The position numbers and the translations under genes are program-made. Under the pieces are notes generated by a model, which had not been told where the DNA came from, did not search any database, and saw nothing but the letters and a program-made list of their open reading frames with translations. Of a stretch of DNA of 64,000 bases, positions 36,101 through 48,386 are shown one piece after another. Source of the DNA: Amoebophrya sp. A120. Its lineage: Eukaryota > Protista > Dinoflagellata. The stretch is from the NCBI GenBank assembly GCA_905178155.1, contig CAJINV010000006.1, positions 1,675,876 to 1,739,875 on the forward strand, given 5' to 3'. The number at the start of each line of letters is the position of its first letter. Position 1 is the first letter of the stretch.

Positions 36101-39100
36101 TGTGATGTGACGCTGCCGGTGCCGCTACAGGGGTAAAATATAAAACTCTCCAGAAAACAAAGCAATGAGCATCTTCAAAAATAAAAGGTCTTCACTGCGG
36201 TCCGGAAATTTTTTTTCTTTCTGGACCAGAAACGCACCGGGAAAATTTGGATCAGGAATCTCCTCGTGAGCTCCATTCTCCCAGAACTCTATGAGCTCCG
36301 GAGATATCCCGGGGAAAAAAATGGTACTCGTACTTTCTCTTTCTACTTGCAATCACACAGGACAAACAAGAAATAGCTGTTGCTAGCACCGCAACATGCT
36401 GCGCGCAAAATTACCTTTGATAAAATTTGTCATGCCACTTTGACTAGTACGAAGTACCATTTTGCGATGCATAGCGGTAACAGCCACATGAATTCGAGCA
36501 GTGACAACAACCCGCACAACTTTAACCCCAACAGTATCGAAATGAAAAATCCCCCCACCCCACATCAAAACGAAGTTTGTCATCCTGGATTTGCGTACAC
36601 AAATCAGATTTGTCTTGCGTGAGAGGACTGCAGGCCCATAACAAGCCTGAGTAGAGAGGATTTGGACTAGGCTCTTAGCACGAGACACGTCTGCGCTGTA
36701 GGCCTAATAGCATCACATTTGCGGCGGAGCCTGTGGAATTGCCTTCTTGCAAGACAGAGATGATTTGTGGTCGCAAATCAGCATTGCAAATTTTCTGCGA
36801 CGTACTTCTTCGATATGGGGAGGGGGGATTTTTCCTCACAATAAACAGCATGAAAAACTGGTTTTCCGTGGAGTCTGCGCTCCGGGTATGCAAGAAAAAG
36901 AAACTGCGTAAGTGTAACTTTCTGGTGGGGGGAACAGCATCTCAAGTTTGCTCTGCAAAGCAGAGAAACACTGTCATGCGTCGCTAGTATGTGAAAACAC
37001 GTACGAAAAGAGCCTCTGATGCGGGTCCAGCATGACAGTTGTAAGTGTCTACTTGCGTCGTCTGCAACACAAAGTTACACTTACACAGTTTTTTTCTTTG
37101 GATATCGGGTGTACGGCATGTACTTGGAGCTGGATTCCGACCAAAACGGCATGTTGAGTCCCCAAGAATATCCACAGAAAAATAAAAACCCATCCCAATC
37201 CATTTTTTGCATGACAAACACTGCTTCTGATGTATGTTTTGGATGACAAATTGGATGGGGATCGGTCTTTTTTTGTGGATAAAGAACTCGCAAAGTACAC
37301 AAATTCCTACTTCTCCAACTACAGCGGAGTATCTGGAAACGCCAATGACATGCTATGGAAGGGAAAATAAAACTCGAGGAGCTGAAAATAATCAACATCT
37401 TTGATGCAATTCACAGCTGAGGTGTTTGTTTTTAGTATGCAAGGTGGGACTACGACATGAATTACGTAAGTAAGAAATCACGACTAAGTATTTGTTATTT
37501 ACCACTATCCACAAAGAACTCCATCGTGCAGAACATGATGCAGCAAGGTGTGCTAGCTTTTTCTCAAACAGTGCATCACTCCGTCCTGAAGAATGTTTTG
37601 CACGGTGGGAAAATTGACGGTTATGTTGTGTCTATTCCAAAAGTCATCCATACCCTGCGGGAAAAGATTATCCGCGAGGGAGTTGATGCGATGGCGTCGA
37701 GATCAATAGGACAACACAGGTGTCGTTCCTTCGTTTGAATCAAAGCGTCTAAGTAACTTTAGTTCGAAAATGTGAAACGCAAACGCGTGAGACCCAGAGG
37801 CTAGCACGACCAGAAGCACAACAATTTATTCTACTTCTGTGAATAGCGTGAAAAATAATTAAGCTCCTACCATTTTTCCCTTCCATACAACCTGCACTTC
37901 CACTATTACAGCTCCATCGGTGTCTCAACCACGGGCCAGACCCTGTCGGATATGAGCTGCAAATATGTCTGGGTCTGGAAGAGTGAAACTTGTCATGCTG
38001 CCTGTGGATTCTAAAAATATCTGTATTGCATAAGCAACAAGAGGAGTCCAGTTCTTGCTACGCGGAGAGGGCATTTCGATTCCTCATGCGTGATAAGCAT
38101 CAAGAAGCTTTCAAAAAGTCTGGGATGCTAGGACCTGCATCACAGACCTCGCGGGTCATACAAAATATGCATGACAAACCTGGCAATGTTTCAGACCCAG
38201 ACACATTTGCAGTTGATATCGGACGAAATTATACAAAGAGTCTTCGAAGAGTACCAGATACGCATTACAAAACTTTTGTGCCACGGAAAAACTGCATCAC
38301 AAATTTTCAACGAAGAGGTCTACAAGTAAAAACGGAACTTGTCATGCAGAGTCAGGCAAGCAAAAGAATCTGTGATGCAAGATGTCGCACAAAAATATCC
38401 CTTTGCCACTGCATATCCGACCTACCGCGACGATTCGGGCAGCCAGGAGATGGACTACAAAACTTTTCTTGATTTCGTCCTCGCCATGCGGCATCTGCGC
38501 TACAACTGCGAAAACAACAGCAATTTTGACCACCCCGACGGCCCTAGCGGCTCGAACGGCCGAGAAGGGGGTGGGGGCATATGAACTGCAAAAGTATCGT
38601 ACTCGTATAAATGCATTACAAATTTCCTCAGCATGAGAAATAAAATTTGTAATGCAGATTTGCCTTGGAAACAGGATTTGTAATGCAAGACTTGCATTAG
38701 CATTTGTACGAGTACGATACTTTTGCACAGGATAGGGCAACTACAAGGACAACGTGCGGGAGAAGGAGTATCCTGTGTAAAAACGCCCCCGACCCAAGGG
38801 TCAAGATGGGAAATCTGCTAGACAAATCCACGCGGTTTGGTTGTTGCGCATGACAAGGTAGTTCTTGGGATTGCTATGTATTCGCGTTTAGCCATTGTAG
38901 CAGAATCACTGATCTAGCATATCATGCTGATTTTTCGAGCACCGCAACTCTCAAACACCACTACAGATGAACGCATCTCCTTCCCATAGGGCTCCTCTGC
39001 ATGAGAAACGTTTTAAGCATGCCGATTCGCATGACAACTCTGGGATAGGCTCGTTTTTACTCGGGAGAAGGAGTTTTCGGAGTTTGGCAACCAGCAGTCC

Positions 39101-40726
39101 ATCAGATATCTCTGGAAGTTGATCGACGTGAACCAATATCCTGTGCAACAGTATCGTACTCGTATTGCAATCATGCATTACAAATCTTTTTGTTATAGGT
39201 AAACTCGCATTGCAAATTTTATTTCTCATGCTGAGAAAATTTGTAATGCATTCATACAAGTACGATAGTGCTTTTGCAGTTCATAACCACGACGACAAGG
39301 TCACCGTACCAATCCTGCGCTACTTTCTGCGGGGCACACTGCGCAACTGCCAGCACTACGCGGACACGAATGGGGTGAAGGTAGAAGACGTAATCGACGA
39401 GATTTTCGACATGATCCGGCCCAAAAACGCGGGGTTCATCCAGTTAAACGACGTTCTGTACAACAAAATGGGGCCGATCATGCTCGCAATTCTCATCGAC
39501 TCGGACGAATTCTACCGGCATGACCAGCGCGAAAACTCCATGCAGTCTGGCGGGGGTGGGGGCGGTGGCGGATTCAGCGGCGGTGGGGGTTCTTCCAGCG
39601 GCATGCAGATTGAGCACGACCAGCTGGACATTGATCAGTACCACGATGTTGGTCCGCCGACCAGCGGTAGCAGTAGCGGCCGCGGGGTCGTGAACAGCAG
39701 TAGTTCATCAGCAGGAAATAACGCAAACCCTTCCTCGTCCGGCGGTTCGTCCCGGAGCAGCAATAATGTCGCGACATCAAGAACGCCGGAAGATGATCAC
39801 GATGCCACCGCGCAAGGTAATTCTGGCGCGACAGCATCCAGCACTTACGGGAGTGACGGTAATATTAGCCCTGCTGATGTCAATGCCGGTCAAGAAAACG
39901 ATGCCAGTGGGGTGTCAGCACATCACGGGGGAGGTTCTGCAGGTGTACCCGGTGGAGGACCTTCGGAAACCAGCATGGGCGGCGTTGGCTCGTCTCCGGG
40001 TTACAGTCCCACGTCGATGGCTTCGTCCGGTATGGGAAAAGGAACCAAACATAATGATAATCTACTTGCATCGGGTCGTTGTTTTTCTATGAAGTTCATC
40101 AAGTTTGTTTTGTTTTCAGTTTCACAAATTGACCTATACATTCATTACGTAGAAGCAGCCGTAAAAAAACATGATCTTGCAACTGACGACGACCTGACGC
40201 AGCAAGATGATCTGTCTTCCATGCATACGCCAAGACCACTACCTGCCCGCCGGCGTGGGGATACCCGGGCTCGGCGGTGGATCCGGCGTGCCGGGAATCT
40301 CCCCTACCAAAATTAAAAATCCCCCCTCCCCATATCAAAACGGAAATTTGTGATGCTGATTTGTGGCCACAAATCAGCTTTGTATTGCAGAGAGGCATTG
40401 CGGCCAGATCCACAGGCTACGTAGGGGCGTATAATGGGTCTAGTTGTTCAGCATGGGAAACGGCTCCCCTTTAGGCCCAGCAGCATGACAAATCGCTTCC
40501 ATAAGGGGGCGAAAGCTTATGCCCTTGCCTTGTTGCCAGACAGATGTGATTTGTGACCTCAAATCCGCAACGCAAATTTTTGGAAGCATACCTTGTCAAT
40601 ATGGGGAGGGGGAAGCTTTCCTTTCAATATTCCCCCAAGAAGAGCCGGAGGATGAGCCGAATCCGAGCCGACGGTTGTCGCCGCTGTCGTAGATGGTGAA
40701 ATTCGGGGCGAGCTGAGATCTTGTAG
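33185..40726 (+). CDS. PPP2R3C: Ser/Thr protein phosphatase 2A regulatory subunit B'' (PPP2R3C / TON2-FASS-like), EF-hand protein; 3' end approximate
   Basis: Spliced translation gives IPRFY, FFSYVVRKV..QTRIQLSYYD..GYLREKDVENFIFELIPTLPQL..FYPFYVFTAVRKFFFFLD..TGKI, NWFSVESALRVYGMYLELDSDQNGMLS, EMDYKTFLDFVLAM and DVIDEIFDMIRPK, which match the PPP2R3C family as I recall it. Confidence 0.9.
33582..33750. mobile_element. Introner, A-like
   Basis: DR gctgc. Confidence 0.85.
33794..34119. mobile_element. Introner family C (reverse orientation relative to 444)
   Basis: DR tgcag. Confidence 0.9.
34294..34458. mobile_element. Introner, A-like
   Basis: DR attac/gtcac; join gives ELLNEDDL. Confidence 0.85.
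34496..34639. mobile_element. Introner family A
   Basis: DR tggag. Confidence 0.9.
34775..35063. mobile_element. Introner family F
   Basis: DR cgttt/ggttt. Confidence 0.85.
35169..35349 (+). other. Canonical GT-AG intron in the PP2A B'' gene
   Basis: ag|gtactg...atcag|g restores YERKFGPFFTARSFLKF. Confidence 0.75.
35410..35626. mobile_element. Introner family K
   Basis: DR tcgca. Confidence 0.85.
35694..35902. mobile_element. Introner family E
   Basis: DR acgaa. Confidence 0.9.
36039..36187 (+). other. Canonical GT-AG intron in the PP2A B'' gene
   Basis: tat|gtataa...aaaag|gtc restores FYPFYVFTAVRKFFFFLD. Confidence 0.85.
36305..36473. mobile_element. Introner, family L
   Basis: aaaatggtact.cgtac / gtacgaagtaccatttt, DR decayed. 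Confidence 0.75.
36535..36843. mobile_element. Introner family C
   Basis: DR aacag. Similar to 3103-3417. Confidence 0.9.
36887..37104. mobile_element. Introner family E
   Basis: DR ccggg/tcggg; restores SALRVYGMYL. Confidence 0.9.
37169..37281. mobile_element. Shortest introner seen (113 bp), family M
   Basis: tatccacagaaaaa / tttttttgtggata, DR aagaa. Confidence 0.85.
37951..38218. mobile_element. Introner family B
   Basis: DR tcgga. Confidence 0.9.
38259..38415. mobile_element. Degenerate introner
   Basis: DR ccaga/tccga; restores RVFEEYQTYRDD..EMDYKT. Confidence 0.75.
38580..38734. mobile_element. Introner family A (reverse orientation)
   Basis: DR gggca. Confidence 0.9.
38769..39068. 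mobile_element. Introner family F (reverse orientation)
   Basis: DR aggag. Confidence 0.85.
39137..39285. mobile_element. Introner family A
   Basis: DR accaa/accac. Confidence 0.9.
40305..40629. mobile_element. Introner family C
   Basis: C-type TIRs. Related to 15336-15667. Confidence 0.8.
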
Positions 40727-41665
40727 AAATTAAAGTTGCAAAAAATGCGCACTTCTTTACTCCGAGGAGGCCAGCACTACACCTCCTGTTGCAGGATGAA
40801 TTGTGATAAGATTACTCGAGTATTGTGAGCTGTGAGCCAAGAACAGCAGCTTCAGCGACGATTGAGAACGTCGAAAAATCTACTCGTCCAAAGTGTTTGC
40901 ACAGACAGGATTTTTCTTGAAGAGATTGAGACGTAGAAGTAGCACAACTGAAGAAAAACCGGAGCTCGCGGATAGGTGTATACAAGTGGTTCGCGTTGAT
41001 GTTCCTCTTCCTCTTGATCTTGGCACATAGTTCCTGCAGCTGCATTAAAGCCCTGTGAATGAAGACTCTCTAGTCGTTCATGGACATTGTACGTACAAAC
41101 ATGCAAATCTCTGGGTGCGAGTGCGACTAACTTCGGAGAACGTATACGTACGGAAGCCGTAATGTGCAAGCCGTCGTAAGTCGTAAATCTACATTCGTTT
41201 TCGTAGCGTTCTTCTACGTGGGTTAATAACTTCGGAAAAACCTTGATGTCGCAAACTTCGTGACACCAAAATTTTCGTCTTCGCCTGATCCTTTATGGAA
41301 CTCAAAAAGGACAGAAGTATCTATGTCGGTGCCATCGTCAGACTACACGTGAAGTTAGTGTCTCTCCGTCGCTTTTCGCGACTAAATGTGATCGATTTAT
41401 TCGTAGAAGTGGAACATCAACCACAGGTGTCACAAAGACATCACGAAAAGAGACTCTACTCGAAGGAGGTCCTCCGCACTCCTATTTCTAAAACTGTAGT
41501 TTTGGTGTAGAGATAAGTTGTTTTATTTGCAGTTGTCTTAATCTGATACGACCTCGTCCTCGCTGCCCACCTCCTCCTTTCATTATCGTAGTTCACAGAA
41601 GTAGAGGCCCCTCGTCGAGATGAAGTTTTTTTTTGATGTTCAATAGTACCGTGATGTAGTAAGAG

Positions 41666-44462
41666 ATGTCTTCCTCAAAGCTGCAGCTGCTCAAGGGCAG
41701 CAGCACTAAAAGCTCTTGCAAGCTGCAGAGCAAGCAACCTGCTGCTGATGCAGCTCTAGTACCTGTACCCGCCGCAGAAAAACAAAAACCTTTGCCACAA
41801 CTACCTTTATTGACCACAAAGCCCATCGTGAACTCCCTGACCTTGAACAAGCCGGAGGGAGTGAACCCGTTGGACCTTTCTTGGGCTGTGAACAAGGGCA
41901 TTTTGATGGTGTACACCCCGGAAAACTCGGCTTCTGCGAGCAGCTGTGGGTCACCGTCTGATTCGGCCCAGGAACAGGAGGAGGAGGAGGAGGGAGAACG
42001 AGAAGCAGGAAATTGTGCAGTAGGACAGCAAATAAACTCATCGGCGGGGAAGAACTCGAACTCCCCTAAGCCGCGGGTAAAGGATATGGAAGCGTCAGGT
42101 GTGAAATCGACAAAGTTGAAATAAACTTGTATATGCATGAAATCGATACCAGTTGGAAGCCCAGTTTCCAAGCGGTGCATGACAAATTTCGGCGCCGTCT
42201 TCTAAATCCAGTCTGTCATGGTGTTTAGGGACAGAAGGCGTCTTTTGTCATGCTACTTTAGCAGCTCTATCTCAGACCCCAAACAGGCTGACAGTCGGCC
42301 TCACTTGCCATCCCTGCAAGGGAGGCACTTCATGCCTTGCAATTTATGCATGAGAAATTATTTCTTCATGCCTTGCAATTTATCTGCCTTGCAAGGGAAG
42401 CCTTCATGCCTTGCAATTTCTTCATGCCTTGCAAGGGAAGCACTTCATGCCTTGCAATTTATCTGCGGTGAGGTGCCCTTACAGGTTGTGTAGTGGTTTC
42501 GGTCGGTTTAGCATGAGAAATTATTTCAACTTTGACGATTTCAATCCTGACAGTTCCATAAAGGTGAAGGTCGGAAACGTGCAGATGCAGGTGCTGCAGA
42601 AGAAGCAAAAGATGAACAAAAAACCAACAACTGGTAAAGGGAAAGCGAAACATCAAGCAGAAGTGCAAAACAAACAGAAGAAAGACCACGTCGCGGGAGC
42701 TTTACTTCTTGGAAGCAACAATAGTGGCGGGAAAATGAAGATGATGAAACAAAAAACAAAAACAGCAACAACTCCCGAAAAAAAAAGTGTACCGCCACGG
42801 GCCGCTCGGTCCGCGCCGCCGAAATTATCGAAGATCGAACCGCGGCAGTTTTGGGGGCTCGAGACGCACGGGGTGGACGATTTTATGGACGAAGATGAAC
42901 AGTGGGACATCGAGGAATTTGAAGCTTTGAAAAATGTCGCAAGCGACGCCTATCATGCGGGAAATAACAAAACCGTGGATGACGCGGACGTGGATGCAGT
43001 GATGGCAGCAGCGTATGCGGAGGCCGAAGCCGCGACTGGCGGAACAGCCCTTCTTGCACCGTTCAGCACAGGGGGGCAGCAGCCGGGTGGGCAGGCGCAG
43101 GGAACAAGCAGCGGCTCCTCTTCATCTTCCGCAAACGGCACAACATCAAACAGTAGCACGACACTAGCCTCCTCCTTCCAAAGTCTTCTGCCCAATTGGA
43201 TGCGCGACCTGATTACGGGAGGGGGAAACAACAATACGAATAATGCCAGCAGTGGTGGCGATCAACATGGGCCCTCATCCTCATCAGCCAGCTGGAACAC
43301 GAACAACGACCTGTTTTTTGCGGGACATAACTATCCATCCGAGGAGCTCCTGCATAAAACTAACGACGTTAGTACTCTGCTTGGAGATGATGAACAAGGA
43401 GCACAACAACCAGAACCACAAGCACCGACTGGCGGAATGGGAACCGCAAAGAACGAGGATGAAATGGTAATCTCGGCGGCATGGGGATCTTCATCTTCAA
43501 CATCTTCTTTCGACAAAGCAGGAGCAGCTAAAGCAGAGGTCGTGGGTAAAAATAATGCGAATCTTGTCTCCACGTCTGCCTCTTCCGCGTCCGACGGCGA
43601 TGGAGAGCAGCTGCCGCTGTTCGGAAAAAACGTAAATGCGAAGACGTTGAACTGCTTCGATAGCAAGAACGGGGACCACGTACTAGGCCGCACAGCAGGC
43701 GCTGTCGTGAAGAGCACAACATCGGTTGATGTAGAGCAAAAATTGGGGAACAAGGATCTACTTCTTGGAGTCACCGCTGCTGCTGCTGCTGCAAACGATG
43801 AATCAAAGGCGGTGCAACAAGAACTTATGCAGCTGCCTGCGACGTCGAAGGCGATGGCGAAGGAACAGAAAGTGAAACAAGGTAAAGCTATGAAGAAGGC
43901 CGCTACTTCGTCAACTTCTGTGGCTGCTGTCATTGAAACGACCACGAGTTCTTGCCTACTTCCCGCGCCGGGAGGAGCTGCAGCAGGCCCAGATGAAGTC
44001 GTGTCTAGCAAGGGACGAGGAGCCAAGAGCAAAACAGTAAAAGCTGAAACTATCGGAACTACGAAGAAGCCAGCGGTTGCGATTGTGCGGAAGGGACCGG
44101 AAGCGAAAGACGTAGCGAGGAAAATGAGACAGGCGGCGAGTAGTTGTAGCTCTACTACGGGAGCTGCTGCGGCAAAGGAAACACAAACAATGCCGAAGTC
44201 GAAATCAAAAACGAAGAACAAGCAGGTGAAGGACGAAATAGCATCTGCAAAACATTACCTCCAAGCTGACTCGGGTCCTGTTGGGCTGCACCAGAAAAAG
44301 ACGAAGACAAAGTCAACCGCCACTATAAAACCGGCCTCTTCAACATCAGGTGGAACAAAGGGAAACAAGAAGACTTCTCCAGAAGCGGACGGGACTGCAG
44401 AGCCAAATACCGGCAGTGGTCCCTGTGCAGCGGCAAAGAAGAGGAAACTGCGGAGCAAGTAA
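41666..44462 (+). CDS. Low-complexity Lys/Ser/Ala-rich hypothetical protein, 2 exons
   Basis: ORF 41666-42084 joins ORF 42566-44462 in frame after removing introner 42085-42560. Basic C-terminal KKRKLRSK is a possible nuclear localisation signal. Confidence 0.6.
42085..42560. mobile_element. Introner family I with an internal ttcatgccttgcaa tandem expansion
   Basis: DR aagga/aaggt. Homologous to 51008-51320 plus a repeat expansion at about 42310-42465. Confidence 0.85.
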
Positions 44463-45740
44463 AATAGAATTCGGGAACGAGAAAAACAATAAGTAATAGA
44501 AAGTAGTACGGGAACATGTGGATTTCTGGATGGAGCACAAAAGACGTTTACAGTCATTCGAACAACGAACCAGTATCAACAACAAATGACGTCATTTTTT
44601 CAATTTACTTTAGATTTTTATCGCTCCCTGTCCCTTCTTGTGTACCGATCAGCATCATCATGCCGAGTTTATAGCTGCAGGTCGAAAAAAAATCTCCATT
44701 CGAAACAGTATGACGAGTTTTTCGAGGTTATAAAAATTTCTTCTTGTTTCCTAGCCTGTATTTCTTTTGGCTCTTTGTCATATCATACTCGAAGTGGGAA
44801 CCAACTCTAAAAATACCTGTAATATCCTTCTTGGGTTTTTAGCATGAAAAAAAAACGCAAGCCGCAACGTCATCGATCGTGCGCGGGCAGCACGTCGAGA
44901 GTAGAGTCACGTCTATTTTGGCGCCATGCTCCTCTCGCTACAGAAGAGAGCACTTGAATCATCCGCGAAACAAAAATTGAATCGAATTCGTGTTCACGTC
45001 TCCGATCCACTTCGAGAACATTGTCGAAAGAGATTAAATTTTATGTAAATATGAGGAGAGAGCATTGATTTACATTTCGCATCAGGGTCGTGAAGTAGAA
45101 CACAAAGCAAACAAAACGCATCGAAATCTATGGTGAGGCAAAACTAAATGTGGCTGAAAATTATCCTCGCAGCAGTTCCGATTTATTTATAATGTGCTCC
45201 CCTAGTAGTAGTAACTCTAACTAGATCTAGAATCAGCCAAAACAATTGCTCACGTACTTAATATCCCACATAGACCCGCCGCTCAAGAAGTAAGGTCTAC
45301 TTTAGAGAAAATTTGATATAGTAGAAGGAAGGCTCCTACTGCTTGTTGCGAAAAGTCCATCAATAAGTACAACGTGAGCAGCCATTTCTTTTTGGAACGC
45401 AAAAAAGAAACAAAAATACCCCTGCTTCAAAAATCAACCACCCTGATGAAATTGACACGAAAACCCTTATTAATTATGTTGACACAGCGATATGATTTCA
45501 TTAGTTAACCGCGACCACGATATTTGTCACACATGAAGAATCCTAGGAAGACCCTTTGACTGACCAGAAAGCGCGTGTTTTTTGAAGGTGAAAACAAGTG
45601 AAGACCACAAGAAACAAGCGACTCAACAAAATATTAGTTCCTTGTTGTAGCTGCGGGAGAAATCACCTAGGTTGACGAGGTGGATATTACACTCTTTACG
45701 TTCACGCTCGCCTCAGTATAGTACAGCAGAAAAAAACATC

Positions 45741-46381
45741 ATGGCGAACAACCTGACAAAACGGGAGCTGATCGAGCTGCTCGATTGCGCGAAAAATATG
45801 CATTGCAAAGCACCGTGTTAGTGGTAGTCGCATGACAAATTTTCTCCGCATGAAATCATATGAAGGTCTTTCTTTTTCGGGCATGCCCATGCTGATTCAC
45901 GACCTATAAATAGTTGTCTTGCGTGAGTACGAGTACGGTATTTTTGCAGTGCATAAGAAACAGCAAGGAGAGAAACAAGGCTGTAAAACTTTTGAAGCGG
46001 TTTGACCCGGTGTGGAATTACCAGTGGGACGACCATCACCAGAAGGAAAACTTCCAGGTGAAAGAGTTCAACTACATCATCGCCTTCTGCTGCGCCCGGT
46101 GCGGCAAGGTGAAGCAGCAAAAACAGAAGGTCTTCTGGACCGTCCCCAAGGACGAATCTGCCGACAAGACGAAAAAGATCGGGATTTGCTACCAGTGCTT
46201 TAACCAACTGCGCGAAATGGAGCACACCAACAAACTCCGGGCGCAGCACCAGAAGCAGGGGCTGGTGCCGAAGGGGATGGGTTTCGGGTTGGTGGATCAC
46301 GTGAGCACTCTGAACGGAATGGCGAATCAGGGCCAGTACGCCGGGGCGGCAAGCAGTAGTGCTTTCAAAGCGGCGTCGTAG
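45741..46381 (+). CDS. Small putative Zn-binding protein (CARC...CYQC), 2 exons
   Basis: ATG at 45741; MANNLTKRELIELLDCAK joins NSKERNKAVKLLKRFDP... across introner 45797-45955. GC3-rich codons and two CxxC pairs. Confidence 0.75.
45797..45955. mobile_element. Introner, A-like
   Basis: DR aaaaa/agaaa. Confidence 0.8.
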
Positions 46382-48386
46382 GGAGTGGAGTTTCAGATTG
46401 TACTGCAGCTACGTCGAGCCAGATTCTGAATTACACTCTCGTCCTGCTGCGTTATGACCACTGATACAGAACTTTTTTGGGCACAAATAAATTGCTGTGG
46501 ACCACTTGTTGTCTGTTTTCTGTAGCTTGTTTGGACGATAGTCGTGGCGCAAATCGCTGCAGAACGAAAGTTTTGTGTACTGTTGACTTTGAAGAGTTGT
46601 GCTTGGCGAAAATAGAACTGATAGCACTATCGCTCGCCAGTCCACCCGTGGTGCTTCACTGGGTGAACAATTGTTCACAACGGAGGACATGAAGAGTTGT
46701 GTTCGCTTAGAAGTACTATGCCGCTCTGTCTTGACAAAAAGTTTTCACGATGCTTTTTGAGATTAAAACGAAACGTACAATAAGAAACGTGGCTGCAAAA
46801 ATGGCAAGCCCTTGTCGGTTGTGTCTGAAAAAAAAAAACAGCAGCTGTCAACATTTTTCTCGGGAAGAAAATAGTACGAGGGACAATAGGCCGCAGGTGC
46901 CCGATTGATAGCAGCTTGATTTGAAATTCGTACCCGAACGCCAGCGCAGTGGTCAAATTTATACTTACCCGTTATTTTCAGAGCCGCGCACCACAAGCGA
47001 GGCAATAGATAGGAGTATACGTGCGATACCAAAAAAGCTGTATGAAGTATGTCCATGAAAACGTGAGCGTACGTCGGGAAAAGAATCAAGAAGAAAGAAC
47101 TCTGTGTCGTCCGTACTTTATTTTCATCAACTTCGAGCGCATACAAAAACAAATTCGGTTTCCGTCCATTTCTTATATGCCGTGCACTGCAGTAGTTGGA
47201 TAAAAATCTATCGGGGTCGTGCCGTACAAAAGCTAAAGGGCTCAACAATCAACATTTCTCGTCGTGGTCCTGTATGCTAATTGCATTCGTGCATTACAAA
47301 TCTTTTCATTGAGGTAAATCCGCATTACAAATTCCATTTCAAAATCAGTGGGTACGGGACAACTTGACGATGTGAAATATGAACCCCCTAAGATGACTGC
47401 CCACACGGAACTACCTCCACCCCCCCTTTCTTATTCCGCATCACAGTACCTTTTATACTTTTGCTTTTTATGCATCACAGATTGTACTCTTTCTCACTGC
47501 TTCTCATTGTAGCTATTTATTTAAAGGGTTTATGCATTACAAACTGCAAAAAATTTGAAAGTACTCGATGTGTTATAAAGCGGTAGTAGTTGGACATTAT
47601 TTCCTGTCGTTTTTTTGTATTTCACAGATCTTGTTGTAAAACATAATTCAGGCCTTATATTTTTTTTTTCTGCTTTATTTTTCGATACAGTTTCATAGGT
47701 GTTGCTGCTGTGAGCTGAATCATTTTCTAGAATTCAAACTATCTCAACAGTAGGAAGCACCGCGCTTGGTCTGTTGTACGCCGGGGAAGTTCTAGAGCCA
47801 AGGGACTTCTCCTGTACACCAGACCCAAGTTTTAATTTGTTATTTACCACATCTTTTATCACACTGTAGTTCTACTATTCATCCGGACGTACTGTCCGCT
47901 ATTTCCTTGCAAAGAGTTCTACTGTACCTATAGTATCAAGTTCTTATTCCGTCTCCTGTCTTCCTAGAAGAAGATTTTTCGGTGTAAAGCATTTGCATTT
48001 CACATCATTTTTTTGAAAAAATAAAATGCTCCCAAACTGTCAATTTAGCCAAATGAGCGTTAAATGCGGGAACCTGATTTCTGTACAACTTTTTTTTGGA
48101 AGGATAATTTCGAAATAATCTATGCCTACGTTATTTTTAATCTGCGCGTGCTGTTGTCAGTGATGTTTTCACAAACTGCATCGGATTTTTCGGAACAACA
48201 TCAATGCACTCCGAGTTGTCCGGTGAACGAATATCATCTATAGCCTAGAACAAGCCGACGACCACGCAACAGAAGAAGCTCTAGTACTTTGGTCAGCACT
48301 ACAAATATAGCAACCGACGTGCAGGAGGACCCGAGCGATCATCCCAGCTGGCAGCAGGTCCTAGTATTAACTAGCAGGACCACAGC

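Noticed and set aside
33185-40726. Calling the interrupted genes pseudogenes
   Set aside because: The reading frame and conserved residues are intact across about 20 junctions, which indicates purifying selection.
43331-44221. 296-aa minus-strand ORF and other antisense ORFs
   Set aside because: They are shadows of low-complexity + strand exons with no independent coding signal.
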